From assembly GCA_036769985.1 (NCBI GenBank), contig DAIPKA010000019.1:24843-88842 (forward strand): DNA of 64,000 nt, read 5' to 3'. Within the stretch, counting starts at the first letter, position 1. Every line of letters starts with the position of its first letter. Source of the stretch: Candidatus Hydrogenedentota bacterium (GTDB lineage: Bacteria; Hydrogenedentota; Hydrogenedentia; Hydrogenedentales; SLHB01). Shown piece by piece: positions 46,362 to 56,711 of this stretch. Made by a program: the position numbers and the translations under genes. A model generated the notes under the pieces. It did no database searches and was not told the DNA's origin. It saw only the letters and a program-made list of their open reading frames with translations.

Positions 46362-47831
46362 ATGCTTTTCAATTCCCTGCACTTCGCTATCTTCTTTGCT
46401 GTCGTGGCGGGCGTCTACTTCGCCCTGCCCTACCGATGGCGCTGGTCCTTTCTGCTCGCCGCCAGCTACTACTTCTACATGGCCTGGATTCCCAAGTACG
46501 CCTTCCTGATCCTCGCCTCGACCCTGGTCGACTACGTCGCCTCGAATCTGATGGTACGTACGGAGAACCTGAAGACACGTCGGCGTTACCTGTACTTCAG
46601 CATCTTCGCGAATCTCGGCATGCTGTTCTTTTTCAAGTACTTCAACTTCTTCGGCGATACCGTCCGGCAGGTGTTCGAGTACTTCTCCCTGCCCTACCAC
46701 GTCCCGAGATCGCGCGTGTTGCTGCCGGTCGGCATTTCGTTCTACACATTCCAAACCCTCGGCTACACGATCGACGTGTACCGCGGCCACATCAAGCCCG
46801 AGAAACACTTCGGCATATTCGCGCTGTACGTGGCCTTCTTTCCTCAGCTCGTGGCCGGGCCCATCGAGCGCGCGGTCAACCTGCTCCCGCAATTCCGCAA
46901 GCAGTTCGACTTCGACTACCATCGCGTGACGGACGGCATCAAGCTGATCGCGTGGGGACTGTTCAAGAAGGTCGTCATCGCGGACCGAGTAGCGGTACTC
47001 GTCGACTACGTCTACGGCGATCCGCAGGCCCATACCGGCCCCGGGCTCGCCCTGGCCACGCTCATGTTCGCCTATCAGATCTACTGCGACTTCTCGGGCT
47101 ACTCGGATATCGCCATCGGCACGGCCCAGGTGCTGGGCTTCGACCTCATGGTGAATTTCCGGCGGCCCTATGCGGCGCGGTCATTGCCGGACCTGTGGCG
47201 GCGCTGGCACATCTCCCTCACCTCGTGGTTCCGCGACTACGTGTTCATTCCCCTCGGTGGCACGCGCGTGCCCGTGCCGCGGATCGCCTTCAATCTCTTC
47301 ATCGTGTTCCTCATCACGGGCCTGTGGCATGGCGCGAGCTGGACCTTCATCATCTGGGGCAGCGCCCACGGCCTCTTGCTCGTACTCTCGTTTCTCACGC
47401 GCGACGTGCGCAAGCGCCTCGCGGCCGCCCTGCATCTCGAGCGCATCCCACGCCTTCACACCATCTGGCAAGTCGCCGTCACATTCCTCATGTTCTACTC
47501 CGTCGGCGTCTTCTTCCGCGCCGAGAGTGTTGGCGATGGCGTCTATATCCTGAGACACCTCCTCGACGGCTGGGCCAATCCGTGTCGCGGCATGCCGGTC
47601 ATGCGTTTCATCCGGAGTCTGGGTTTCCGCGCCGACGAAGACTTCTACGTGGCCGTCATTGCCATCATCGTGCTCGAGGTAGGCCATTTCCTCCAATCCC
47701 GAGGCTCCGTGCGCGACCGCCTCTCAACCTGGCGGTGGTACGTCCGCTGGCCCCTCTACTACCTCTTCATCGGCATCATCCTCGGCTACGGCGTCTTCAC
47801 CCACTCCCCCTTCATCTACTTCCAGTTCTGA
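46362..47831 (+). CDS. MBOAT family O-acyltransferase (AlgI/DltB-like)
   Basis: ORF 46233..47831 trimmed to ATG 46362, giving MLFNSLHFAIFFAVVAGVYFALPYRWRW. A polytopic protein with the conserved MBOAT His region (LITGLWHGASWTFIIWG). Confidence 0.85.
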   Translation: MLFNSLHFAIFFAVVAGVYFALPYRWRWSFLLAASYYFYMAWIPKYAFLILASTLVDYVASNLMVRTENLKTRRRYLYFSIFANLGMLFFFKYFNFFGDTVRQVFEYFSLPYHVPRSRVLLPVGISFYTFQTLGYTIDVYRGHIKPEKHFGIFALYVAFFPQLVAGPIERAVNLLPQFRKQFDFDYHRVTDGIKLIAWGLFKKVVIADRVAVLVDYVYGDPQAHTGPGLALATLMFAYQIYCDFSGYSDIAIGTAQVLGFDLMVNFRRPYAARSLPDLWRRWHISLTSWFRDYVFIPLGGTRVPVPRIAFNLFIVFLITGLWHGASWTFIIWGSAHGLLLVLSFLTRDVRKRLAAALHLERIPRLHTIWQVAVTFLMFYSVGVFFRAESVGDGVYILRHLLDGWANPCRGMPVMRFIRSLGFRADEDFYVAVIAIIVLEVGHFLQSRGSVRDRLSTWRWYVRWPLYYLFIGIILGYGVFTHSPFIYFQF

Positions 47832-47857
47832 CGAGGCATCCGGCCAGCGCCAAGATA

Positions 47858-48208
47858 TCACTCGAGAGGACGCACCCGGATCCGCCGGCGGTCCACGGTC
47901 ACAATCGCGGCCGACTCGAGGGCCGCTCCGTGCGTGGCTAGAACACGAAGGCATACCGCGCCCTGCTCTCGCCCCGAGAACCCCACCAACCGCAGAATGC
48001 CTGCATGGGGACGCCGCCGGACAATCGCCAGTTCCCCGAAATCCTTGTCCAGTGTGATCAACACCCGGTTTTCACAATAGGCTTGCGCAAGGATTTCGTC
48101 ATCCCCCGGATCCCGGTCCCAATCGCCGGCCCATACCACCTCGTGGCCGGCGTCACGAAGCACCGCCTTGGCGCCGCCCCACACGCACGCATCCAAGAGC
48201 AGCTTCAT
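47858..48208 (-). CDS. DUF5615-family PIN-like putative toxin
   Basis: ORF 47858..48277 trimmed to ATG 48208, giving MKLLLDACVWGGAKAVLRDAGHEVVW...ITLDKDFGEL. The start overlaps the stop of the upstream DUF433 gene as ATGA. Confidence 0.75.
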   Translation of the reverse strand: MKLLLDACVWGGAKAVLRDAGHEVVWAGDWDRDPGDDEILAQAYCENRVLITLDKDFGELAIVRRRPHAGILRLVGFSGREQGAVCLRVLATHGAALESAAIVTVDRRRIRVRPLE

Positions 48209-48462
48209 CACACCGATTCCAGCACGACGGGCTCCACTCGCTCGTGCCCAACAAGCCGTTGCGCATACACGAGGCACGCGCGAATGTCTTCGGGCTCAAG
48301 CCACGGATAGCCTTCCAGAATGGTCTGTTCCGTGTCGCCGGCAGCCAACATGCCGAGCACGTGCTCGACCGCCAAGCGCCGTCCCCGGATAACGGGTTTG
48401 CCGCCGAAAATGTTGGGATCCACCATGATCCGTTCCAACAGGTTAGTCTCATCCATGGCCAA
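48208..48462 (-). CDS. DUF433-family putative antitoxin
   Basis: 84 aa. The sequence IMVDPNIFGGKPVIRGRRLAVEHVLGMLAAGDTEQTILEGYPWLEPEDIRACLVYA is the typical DUF433 signature. Confidence 0.78.
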   Translation of the reverse strand: MAMDETNLLERIMVDPNIFGGKPVIRGRRLAVEHVLGMLAAGDTEQTILEGYPWLEPEDIRACLVYAQRLVGHERVEPVVLESV

Positions 48463-48853
48463 GTCCTCTCAGGCTGGCGATATCGCTTCCACGTATTATA
48501 CTCAAAAACCTGGCGCTGGCGCGGCTTACGTTCGTCGTGCTCGTTGCGTCGTCGTGGTTCGGATCCCAAAAACAAACCACTACGAACACAACGCGGTCCT
48601 CCGCTGCGGCCGGCCCATCCACACTCGCGAGGGAGCCCTCTCCCACCGCGGATCGCATTGAACGACACAGGACCAGACCTTGCGAAGTTCCGTACTACTA
48701 TCTCCAAGAATCGCTGCTTCCTGCAAAGGTTTCTCGCGTATGTCCTGTAGCAAGAGTAGGATACGTGGACCTCGCAAGGCTTGGTTGCGGCTCCGCTGCG
48801 CTATGGATTCCGTGCATTCGGTGGTTGATGAACGCCTCTGCGCCATCGCCAAC

Positions 48854-48882
48854 TTGACAGGCACGAGCGACTCACGTAAGTT
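48854..48882 (+). promoter_or_regulatory. sigma70-like promoter candidate for the sugar ABC operon
   Basis: TTGACA (48854..48859), a 17-nt spacer, then TAAGTT (48877..48882), about 50 nt upstream of ATG 48931. Confidence 0.35.
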
Positions 48883-48930
48883 CATCTCCTATTCCGCCGC
48901 ATTATTGGGCGATCACTACAGGAAACGCTC

Positions 48931-50505
48931 ATGCGTGTTCGATGGATATCCTTGGCGCTGGTCGTGGCCCTCGGCGCATGGCTGCTCTGGCCGCAGCCGT
49001 CGGATGAGGCACCGAACGACACCGCGCCCAAGCAAGGCCACGCGGCCCATTCCCAGGACGTCCGCTACGTACTCCGGTTCTCGCCCGGCTACTTCTTCAT
49101 GCCCGACAGTGTCCCCTACGGCATCGGCAAGCCGCTGCAAGGGCTCAAGACGGTGGTGCGCGAGTTCGAGGCCCGTTTTCCCGACACGCGGGTCGAGTTC
49201 CTGAACGTGCCCGGCGTTCGCGAGTACCTCGTCACGCAACTCAGCAGCGGCCGCGCACCGGACATCATCAACGTGAATGTCGAGGATGTCTGGACGGATG
49301 TGCAGAAGGGCTGGTATGTGGCCCTGGATCCCTATCTCGAGCAGCCCAATCCCTTCGTGGTCGAGAAGGGCGATCCCAACGCGCCCGGCTACAAGCAGTG
49401 GTGGGACATCTTCCGCTATCAGGCTATCAGCCGAGGCAAAGCAGCACCCGACGGATTGGTGTATTGCCTCAGTTATGACATGATCGAGACGGGGATCTTC
49501 TACAACAAGGACATCTTCGGGAAGGTCGGTATCGAAGCGCCGGAGGACTGGGAGTCCTTCCTCGAGGTCTGCCGGAAGGTACAAGCCGCGGGCTATACGC
49601 CGGTACTCATGAGCATCGACATGTTCAGCGACTGGTGCACGGACCTCTTCTTCGATCAGGTGTACAACAACCTGCTGCCGGGCATCGACTTGCTCAAAGA
49701 TCCCAAGCGCGAACCGTATTTGCAGGGATATCTCGATTGGGACGAAATTTGCTTCCTTCACAATCTCGGTTTCTTCACGTCAAGCGATCCGCGCTATGGC
49801 GAGATTTGGCGGCTCATGAAGGAGTTCCGGCAGTACGTCAACAGGAACCTGGCCACAACGGATCTCACGCGCGAGTTCGTGACGCAGCGCGGGGCCATGC
49901 ACTGGAACTCGAGCAATTTCACCTATCGTCTCCTGGCCGACAAGCAGTTGGGATTCGAATGGGGCGTGTTCTACCCGCCGCCGTTCACGGATAGGACGAC
50001 GCCCCACGCATCCCATGTACCCATGTGCGTCATTGGCGGTTCCGCCAATCAGATCGAGGTCACCAACAGCGCCTTTGGCGATACCGGCGATCCGAACACG
50101 TCCGAGCGGCTCCAGCGCGTCATCGCCTTGCTCCAATTCCTAACGCTGCCCGAGAATTGTGAACGGGTCGTGAATGAGTACCCCTGTCTCATTCCGAACG
50201 TGGTCGGCGTGCCCGTGCTGCCGCCGCTGAAGCCCTTTGAGGAAATTCTTGAGCGTCCCTATACCACAACGAAATGGGTGTACACTTTCGATCTGAAGTT
50301 CTCCGAGATCCAGCGGCGCATGCTCGAACTCTATCTCAACGACGGCATTCCCTTTGAGGAATTCCTGGCGTGGCAAGAGAAGAACCTGGGCGCCGCGTGC
50401 CACAATCTCGTCATGCGCAAGCCGATCGATATCCCGCGCATGCAGGCCGCGTGGGATGCGCAGGCGGCCGCCCGGGCCACGATGAAAGATCTACCGAATG
50501 AATAG
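48931..50505 (+). CDS. ABC transporter extracellular solute-binding protein (carbohydrate type)
   Basis: 524 aa with an N-terminal anchor or signal (MRVRWISLALVVALGAWLLW). It shows family-1 SBP-like features and is followed by two sugar-type permeases. Confidence 0.75.
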   Translation: MRVRWISLALVVALGAWLLWPQPSDEAPNDTAPKQGHAAHSQDVRYVLRFSPGYFFMPDSVPYGIGKPLQGLKTVVREFEARFPDTRVEFLNVPGVREYLVTQLSSGRAPDIINVNVEDVWTDVQKGWYVALDPYLEQPNPFVVEKGDPNAPGYKQWWDIFRYQAISRGKAAPDGLVYCLSYDMIETGIFYNKDIFGKVGIEAPEDWESFLEVCRKVQAAGYTPVLMSIDMFSDWCTDLFFDQVYNNLLPGIDLLKDPKREPYLQGYLDWDEICFLHNLGFFTSSDPRYGEIWRLMKEFRQYVNRNLATTDLTREFVTQRGAMHWNSSNFTYRLLADKQLGFEWGVFYPPPFTDRTTPHASHVPMCVIGGSANQIEVTNSAFGDTGDPNTSERLQRVIALLQFLTLPENCERVVNEYPCLIPNVVGVPVLPPLKPFEEILERPYTTTKWVYTFDLKFSEIQRRMLELYLNDGIPFEEFLAWQEKNLGAACHNLVMRKPIDIPRMQAAWDAQAAARATMKDLPNE

Positions 50506-51415
50506 GGAACGGATTCCGAATCACCGACTGCGTGCCACGCTCTCGTGCTACGCGATTGTGGCCGTCCCCGTCTTGTTGCTGACGCTATTCGTCTACTTGC
50601 CGGTGATCTGGGCCTTCAGCAAGTCACTCTACCAGTTCGAGATCGGCGGCGAGTCCGTCTTTGTCGGCCTCGGGAACTACGTCGAGTTCTTAACGGCCGA
50701 TCCGGTCACGTGGCCATCGCTGGGGCACATGCTGCTGCTGACGACGTTTGCGGTGTGCATGCGCCTGTCGGTCCCGCTGCTGGTCGCGAAGCTCGTCCAC
50801 TCGATTCCCGTCGAGCGTTGGCGTTACGTGTACCGTATCGTGTTCCTGACGCCGATTGTGGTGCCGGGTGTGGCCGTGCAGCTCATCTGGAGCGGCCTGA
50901 TCTACGCCGATAACGGCCTGGTCAACGAGACCTTGCGTTCGCTGGGACTCGACTCGCTGGCGCGCGGCTGGCTGAGCGATCCGACAACCGCGTTGCCGGC
51001 CGTTGCCTTGATCGGCTTGCCCTTCGTGGGCGGATTCGAGGTGCTCATCTACTACGCCGGCCTATCGGGTATCCCGGAGAGCGTGAACGAGGCGGCCCGG
51101 CTCGAAGGGTGCACCGGCCTCCGCAAGTTCTTCCTCATCGATATCCCGATGGTCATGAGCCAGCTCAAACTCGTTCTCATTCTGACGATCATCGGAGGCG
51201 TCCAGGGATTTCAGGGCCTGTTTATCGTGACGCGCGGCGGCCCAGGCTTCAAGACCACGGTTCCGGGCCTTTGGATGTACTACAATGCCTTCAGTTTTCA
51301 GCGCATGGGCTATGCGTGCGCCATCGGTGTATGCCTGTTCGTACTCATCTTCGGACTCACCTTGCTCAACATGAAATACTTCCGTTCTACCGAGGAGTTG
51401 GAGGGCGGCCGATGA
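50498..51415 (+). CDS. carbohydrate ABC transporter permease (MalF-like)
   Basis: 305 aa with 6 TM segments and an EAA-loop region (YYAGLSGIPESVNEAARLEGCTGLRKFFLIDIPM). Overlaps the SBP stop by 8 nt. Confidence 0.85.
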   Translation: MNRERIPNHRLRATLSCYAIVAVPVLLLTLFVYLPVIWAFSKSLYQFEIGGESVFVGLGNYVEFLTADPVTWPSLGHMLLLTTFAVCMRLSVPLLVAKLVHSIPVERWRYVYRIVFLTPIVVPGVAVQLIWSGLIYADNGLVNETLRSLGLDSLARGWLSDPTTALPAVALIGLPFVGGFEVLIYYAGLSGIPESVNEAARLEGCTGLRKFFLIDIPMVMSQLKLVLILTIIGGVQGFQGLFIVTRGGPGFKTTVPGLWMYYNAFSFQRMGYACAIGVCLFVLIFGLTLLNMKYFRSTEELEGGR

Positions 51416-52356
51416 ATCACGGCAAACAGATCCTACTCCACGCACTGATACTCGCCTTCGCCGCGGCCACGTTGCTCCCCTTTGTCTTCGTGATGAACAA
51501 CTCGCTGCGTTCCAACGCGGAGCAATACCATGCCTTCTTCGGCTTGCCCCAGTCGCTCGAGCGGATCATCGTGACGATCCCGGCAGCACTGCGGGGCGCT
51601 ACGGAGCCGATGACCGTGGAAGACGAGGAGGGAACCCTGCGGCAGGTAGCACCCGCGAAGGCGCTCGGCGTGTCCGTGCTCACAGCAACGAAGGGTTACC
51701 GCCACGCCTGGCACGTCATCCGCCCCTACATGCTGAATTCCTTGTTTGTCTCCATAACAACGGCGGCCGGCGTCCTGCTCCTGGGCTCTCTGACGGCTTA
51801 TGTTCTCTCGCGCCAGCGGTTCTTCGGAGCGAAGGCCTTGTACCTCTACATCATCGGCACGATGATGTTCCCGGGCGCGCTCACGCTGGTGCCCAGCTTC
51901 ATGTTGGTGAAGAAGCTGGGCCTGCTGAACACGTACTGGGCCATGATCCTTCCCTACATCGCCGGGGGCCAGGTGTTTGCCATCTTTGTGTTCAAGAGCT
52001 TCTTTGACGGGTTGCCCGAGGAGCTGTTCGAGTCGGCGCGCCTCGACGGCGCGGGGCATTCCCAACTCTACCGCTACATTGTTCTGCCGCTGTCGAAACC
52101 GGTGCTCTCCGTGGTTGCGGTGATGTCGATTCTGGGCACCTGGAACGAGTTCCTGTGGCCGTTCATCACGAACACCGAAGGCAAGTACCACGTCATTGCT
52201 TCGGGCCTGTACGTACTGGCCACCTCGCCGTACGCTTCTAACTTCAGCACCTTGTTTGCGGCGTACCTGATCTCGAGCGTGCCGTTACTGCTGCTCTTCA
52301 TCTACGCCACCAAGCCCTTCATTCAGGGAGTGACTTCCGGGGCCTTCAAGGCCTAA
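51412..52356 (+). CDS. carbohydrate ABC transporter permease (MalG-like)
   Basis: ORF 51109..52356 trimmed to ATG 51412, an ATGA overlap with the upstream stop. It has an EAA loop (FDGLPEELFESARLDGAGHSQLYRYIVLPLSKP). Confidence 0.85.
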   Translation: MNHGKQILLHALILAFAAATLLPFVFVMNNSLRSNAEQYHAFFGLPQSLERIIVTIPAALRGATEPMTVEDEEGTLRQVAPAKALGVSVLTATKGYRHAWHVIRPYMLNSLFVSITTAAGVLLLGSLTAYVLSRQRFFGAKALYLYIIGTMMFPGALTLVPSFMLVKKLGLLNTYWAMILPYIAGGQVFAIFVFKSFFDGLPEELFESARLDGAGHSQLYRYIVLPLSKPVLSVVAVMSILGTWNEFLWPFITNTEGKYHVIASGLYVLATSPYASNFSTLFAAYLISSVPLLLLFIYATKPFIQGVTSGAFKA

Positions 52357-52419
52357 TGTGCCGCCCGGATAGCGGCGGCTTCGCGGGGTTGACGGCCATG
52401 GCGCGGCCCTGGCTGGGCG

Positions 52420-55341
52420 TCATGCATTGCTGGATGGCGCCGGCGCGTCGAGCACCTCGCGCACCTTGCGCAACAGCACGTGCGGCGAGTAGGGCTTCTG
52501 AATCAGCGTGATGCCCTTATCAAGCACAAAGTCGGTGCCCATGGCATCGCCGCTGTATCCGCTCGAGAAGAGGAACCGCAAGCCCGGGCGTCGATCATGC
52601 AGGACATCGAACACGGCCTTGCCGCCCATCTTCGGCATGATCACGTCGGACAGAATCAGATCGATCCTGTCGGGATGTTTCTCGAACAGGGCCAGCGCCT
52701 CATTCCCGTCGGCGGCCAACAGGACGGTGTAGCCGGCACGCGAGAGAATACGTTCCGCGAGTCGCCGCAGCATCGCGTCATCCTCGGCAACCAGAATGGT
52801 CTCGGAGCCGCCTCGGGCGTCTTCCGCGGCCGCGACCGCAACCGACGGTGTCGCGGGTTCACTGCTCGGCAGATACACACTGAATGATGCCCCATGTCCA
52901 AGCTGGCTGTCGACCTGCACCATGCCTTCGTGTTGCCTCACGATGCCGTAGACCGTGGCGAGTCCGAGTCCCGTCCCCTTACCTACCTCCTTCGTGGTAA
53001 AAAACGGATCGAAGATGCGCGCCAGCGTCTCATCGTCCATGCCGCAGCCGGTATCCGTGACGGTGATCCGTACGTATCGTCCGGGAACGGCCCATGCGTG
53101 CGATTCGCAGTACCCTTTGTCCATCCGCACATTGCGGGTCTCGACCGTCAGGGTACCGCCTGCCGGCATGGCGTCGTGCGCGTTCACACAGAGATTCATC
53201 AGAATCTGCTCGACTTGCCCGCGGTCTGCGCGCACCGTATCGAGGCGTTCGCCTGGAACTACGACCAGTCGAATGTCTTCTCGGATGACCCGATTGATCA
53301 TCTTGGCGAAATGCCCGATGACCTCATTGAGGTCCAGCGCCTCAATGGAGAGGACCTGCCGGCGGCTGAAGGCCAGCAGTTGGCGGGTCAACCGGGCGGC
53401 GCGTTCCGCGCCCTGGAATATCCCCTCCGCGAATTCGTAGGCCTCCCCGCCCTCGGGAAGGCCTTCCATGAGCATGCGGCTGAAACCCATAATGGCCTGT
53501 AGGATGTTGTTGAAGTCGTGGGCGACGCCGCCGGCGAGCTGGCCGACCGCTTCGAGTTTCTGTGCTTGGCGGAGCTGCTCCTCGAGAAAACGATGCGCGG
53601 TGATGTCTCGGCCTATACCGACAAGTCCGATAACCCGACCCTGGTCGTCTCGGAAGGGGACCTTCGTGGTCAGCAGCCACTGCTCACGGCCTTCGCGATC
53701 TCGAGTCCTCTCTTCGCGGTTGAGCAGCGGTTCGCCCGAGCCAATCACGGCTCGTTCGTCGGTAAGGTACTGAGCGGCCAGTTCGGGGGCGTGGAAGTCG
53801 GCATCGGTCTTGCCGACAAGCTCTTCTTGCGTGGTGGCCCCCAGTTGGCGGAGATGGGCCTGGTTGCTGAGAAGAAACCGGCTCTCGGTGTCCTTGAGGA
53901 AAATATAGTCCGGCATGGCATCGATGACCGTCATGAGGAGCTGATGTTGCCGTTCGGTGGCCGCTCGCGCCGCTTTCAGCTCGGTGATGTCAATGAGTGT
54001 GCACAAGACGGCCCCCTCGCCGGCAAGGGACACATGCTGCGCGGCAATCACCACCCATCGTCCCTCGCCTCCTTTCGTGATCATCTTGGCTTCGTACAGA
54101 GAAGGCGGCGTCTCGCCCTTGGAACGGGCTTGGCCACGCCCCTTCACCAGGTCACGGTACTCGGGATCGACGAGTTCCCAGAACGGCATCCCGAGCAGTT
54201 CCGCCCGCGAATAGCCCGTGATGCGCTCCATGGCCGGATTCGCATCCAGGAGATGGTGCCCTCGATGCACGAAGACCGCCGCGGGAATGGTCTCGAAAAG
54301 CGCCCGGAACCGCTCCTCGCTCTCGCGCAGAGCATCCTCCGCCTGCCTGCGCTCGGTGACATCGGACAGGGCCACGATGACGTCGGCGTGGGGATCGGAT
54401 GCGTCGGTACGTGCGGCAAGCAGGAGGGCCGCGAAGGTGGTGCCATCTTGGCGCTTCAGACGCGTCTCGACCGACCCGACCCCGGTCGCGTTCATGCCCG
54501 CATCAAGGGCCTCGCCGACACGCCGGAATGTGTCGTCATCTTCATAGAGCAATGCGGTGCTGTGCCCCTGATACTCCTCGGGGGCGTAGCCGATCATGGC
54601 ACTCATCTGCTCGTTGGCCCACCGCATGGTGCGCCCTCGCACGACGCCGATGCCCAGCGGCACGGCCCGCAGAATACCGCGCATCAGGCGCTCGCTCTCG
54701 AATAGCGTCTTCTCCGCCTTTCGCCGGCGTTCGCCGTCCAGGAACACCTGGGCCGTCAAGAGGAAGCCTATCGGATAGAACACCAGAACCGCGCCGCCAA
54801 TACGCCGCATCACCTCCCAGCCCGTATTGGGAATCAGGAATTGCAGGCCGAGCATCCCAGTGTGCACAATCACGCCGAACACCCAGAGCTGCAACGGCCC
54901 GACCCACTTCTCATCGCGCCGCCGCAGGTAGTGGAGGACGGTACCGAGTGCGGCCGCCTCGACCACCACAGACACCCCCACCGTCGCGCCGGCTCCTCCT
55001 AGATACAACCGGTACGCACCACACATGACAGCGCCCAGCACCGCCGCCAACGGGCCGCCGAACAACCCAGCCAGACTCAGCACAATGGAGCGGCCGTCGT
55101 AGATTACGCCCGGCCCAAAATGCAGGGGGGTCATCATCCCCACCACCCCCGCGGCACCGAACAGAACCCCCGTCGCGACGCCATAGGCCACGCCACGCTT
55201 CTCCTCACGCCGGGCCAACGTCTGGACCCCCACCGCCAAGGCCACCAGGAGGGCCACGTTCTGAAACAGCTCGAGAATCACCGATCCCACCTCCCAACGA
55301 CGGCCCCGCATGCCATGAGCAATCGGAACGGTTCCATCCAC
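52420..55341 (-). CDS. hybrid sensor histidine kinase with 5TM LytS-type membrane sensor, PAS domains and C-terminal receiver
   Basis: 973 aa. It has an N-terminal 5-6 TM block, three PAS/PAC units, the H-box GGVAHDFNNIL, HATPase motifs (NLCVNAHDAM, GTGLGLA) and a receiver (ILVAEDD...LILSDVIMP). The start is uncertain by about 10 codons. Confidence 0.87.
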   Translation of the reverse strand: MDGTVPIAHGMRGRRWEVGSVILELFQNVALLVALAVGVQTLARREEKRGVAYGVATGVLFGAAGVVGMMTPLHFGPGVIYDGRSIVLSLAGLFGGPLAAVLGAVMCGAYRLYLGGAGATVGVSVVVEAAALGTVLHYLRRRDEKWVGPLQLWVFGVIVHTGMLGLQFLIPNTGWEVMRRIGGAVLVFYPIGFLLTAQVFLDGERRRKAEKTLFESERLMRGILRAVPLGIGVVRGRTMRWANEQMSAMIGYAPEEYQGHSTALLYEDDDTFRRVGEALDAGMNATGVGSVETRLKRQDGTTFAALLLAARTDASDPHADVIVALSDVTERRQAEDALRESEERFRALFETIPAAVFVHRGHHLLDANPAMERITGYSRAELLGMPFWELVDPEYRDLVKGRGQARSKGETPPSLYEAKMITKGGEGRWVVIAAQHVSLAGEGAVLCTLIDITELKAARAATERQHQLLMTVIDAMPDYIFLKDTESRFLLSNQAHLRQLGATTQEELVGKTDADFHAPELAAQYLTDERAVIGSGEPLLNREERTRDREGREQWLLTTKVPFRDDQGRVIGLVGIGRDITAHRFLEEQLRQAQKLEAVGQLAGGVAHDFNNILQAIMGFSRMLMEGLPEGGEAYEFAEGIFQGAERAARLTRQLLAFSRRQVLSIEALDLNEVIGHFAKMINRVIREDIRLVVVPGERLDTVRADRGQVEQILMNLCVNAHDAMPAGGTLTVETRNVRMDKGYCESHAWAVPGRYVRITVTDTGCGMDDETLARIFDPFFTTKEVGKGTGLGLATVYGIVRQHEGMVQVDSQLGHGASFSVYLPSSEPATPSVAVAAAEDARGGSETILVAEDDAMLRRLAERILSRAGYTVLLAADGNEALALFEKHPDRIDLILSDVIMPKMGGKAVFDVLHDRRPGLRFLFSSGYSGDAMGTDFVLDKGITLIQKPYSPHVLLRKVREVLDAPAPSSNA

Positions 55342-55506
55342 GAAACTGCGCTGAAGAACTCCCCGGACCTACCTCCACGCGTCGGACTTCCCTGCACCGA
55401 GCTCCACTCCTTCTCTACCCTCTCGCCCGCCTACGCTCACGCTCCTCCCTGCCCTCCGGCTCCGTCCGCCGGCGCGCGACCTCTTCCGAATCACACCCGC
55501 CGATCC

Positions 55507-56553
55507 CTAGGGCTGGATGATGGAGGGATCGAGGGGATGGCCGGGCTTCGGGCGGTCGATGGCCGCCGCGACAAAGGGCGTGATGGGGTAGTCGCCGGCG
55601 GTCTGGCCGTCCGGCACGCCTGAGGGATAGCGAATGAACTTCACGTGGCCGTCCATGTAGAGGACATTGCCGCCGCCGGGCATGTGGTTGAAGGCGATCG
55701 TTCCTACGCCGACGACGCCCGTCAGCGCCCCGCCGCTCGTGATGGTATCGAAGGCAATAGGCACCGTGCTCTGGGCGACCGCACTCGCGTCGGGATTGCC
55801 GATGTCCCTGATGAGAAACCGTTCGACACCATCGCGGAGGCGATAGATGGTCACCCGATTGCCGGTTTGACCACCGGAACCCGTCACGCCGACGTTCGGA
55901 TAGACGTTTGCCAGATGCATGGAATCGGCGCCGGCGACGCTCGCGGGATCGAACACCATGTCCGACGGTTCCATCGGGGCCGTGTTGTTCGGGCCACCAT
56001 ACTTCTGGCCGACCAGCATGCCGAAGTAGTCGGAGTCCTGCATGGTCACCCAGCCGAGATAGGCGTACGAGAGAAACTTGCCCATCACGTTCCAGTCCAG
56101 GAATTCCTGGACGGAACTCAACGTGCGGGTGAGGGTGCTGGCGCCCTGCGGATAATCCACGCTGATCACGTGCCCGTCCTGGAGCCATTCGAGGGCCTGC
56201 TGGGGACCTTCCGCCGTTGCCGAGGACGGGCAGAACAGCACGTTGAAATCCGTCAGATACTCGGGATAGAGCTGCCTCGGATACCAGAGGCTCTTCTGGA
56301 ATCCCGGCTGAAGCTGTCCCTGGCTGTTCAAGGTTAATGCGTTGGAGGGGAACAGACCGCCGTCTGCCTCACTCGAGTACATGCGGCAGATGGTTCCGAG
56401 TTGTTTGAGGTTGTTGGCGCAGCTCGCGCGGCGCGCCGCTTCGCGGGAACGCGCCAAGGCAGGCAACAGGATGGCCGCCAGTATTCCAATGATGGCGATA
56501 ACAACCAGAAGCTCGATGAGGGTGAAACCGTTTCGTTCACGGAGCTGCTTCAT
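55507..56553 (-). CDS. DUF1559-type protein with type IV pilin-like N-terminal cleavage/methylation signal
   Basis: The protein starts [53 protein letters not shown]. This is the canonical prepilin methylation motif plus the DUF1559 start that is abundant in Planctomycetota-like genomes. Confidence 0.88.
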   Translation of the reverse strand: MKQLRERNGFTLIELLVVIAIIGILAAILLPALARSREAARRASCANNLKQLGTICRMYSSEADGGLFPSNALTLNSQGQLQPGFQKSLWYPRQLYPEYLTDFNVLFCPSSATAEGPQQALEWLQDGHVISVDYPQGASTLTRTLSSVQEFLDWNVMGKFLSYAYLGWVTMQDSDYFGMLVGQKYGGPNNTAPMEPSDMVFDPASVAGADSMHLANVYPNVGVTGSGGQTGNRVTIYRLRDGVERFLIRDIGNPDASAVAQSTVPIAFDTITSGGALTGVVGVGTIAFNHMPGGGNVLYMDGHVKFIRYPSGVPDGQTAGDYPITPFVAAAIDRPKPGHPLDPSIIQP

Positions 56554-56711
56554 GATGAACTGCCTTGCGCTGCACGCCCTTGCCTGTCTTCACTTCTTCT
56601 CGTAACCCGACTCCAGAAATCGCTTCGAGCCACTGCCGCGCAGCGCTCGATGGCTATTCCAACAGACCAAAGCCATGTCTGTCAAGGGCTTTGTTCGGGA
56701 ACAACCAGGTC

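Noticed and set aside
48463-48930. Overlapping 100-180-aa ORFs on both strands in the spacer upstream of the sugar ABC operon. Examples: 48153..48707 (-), 48244..48750 (+), 48580..48885 (-), 48680..49204 (+).
   Set aside because: They overlap one another and have no family motifs or RBS support. The region is better explained as a regulatory spacer, and it contains a TTGACA-N17-TAAGTT promoter-like element.
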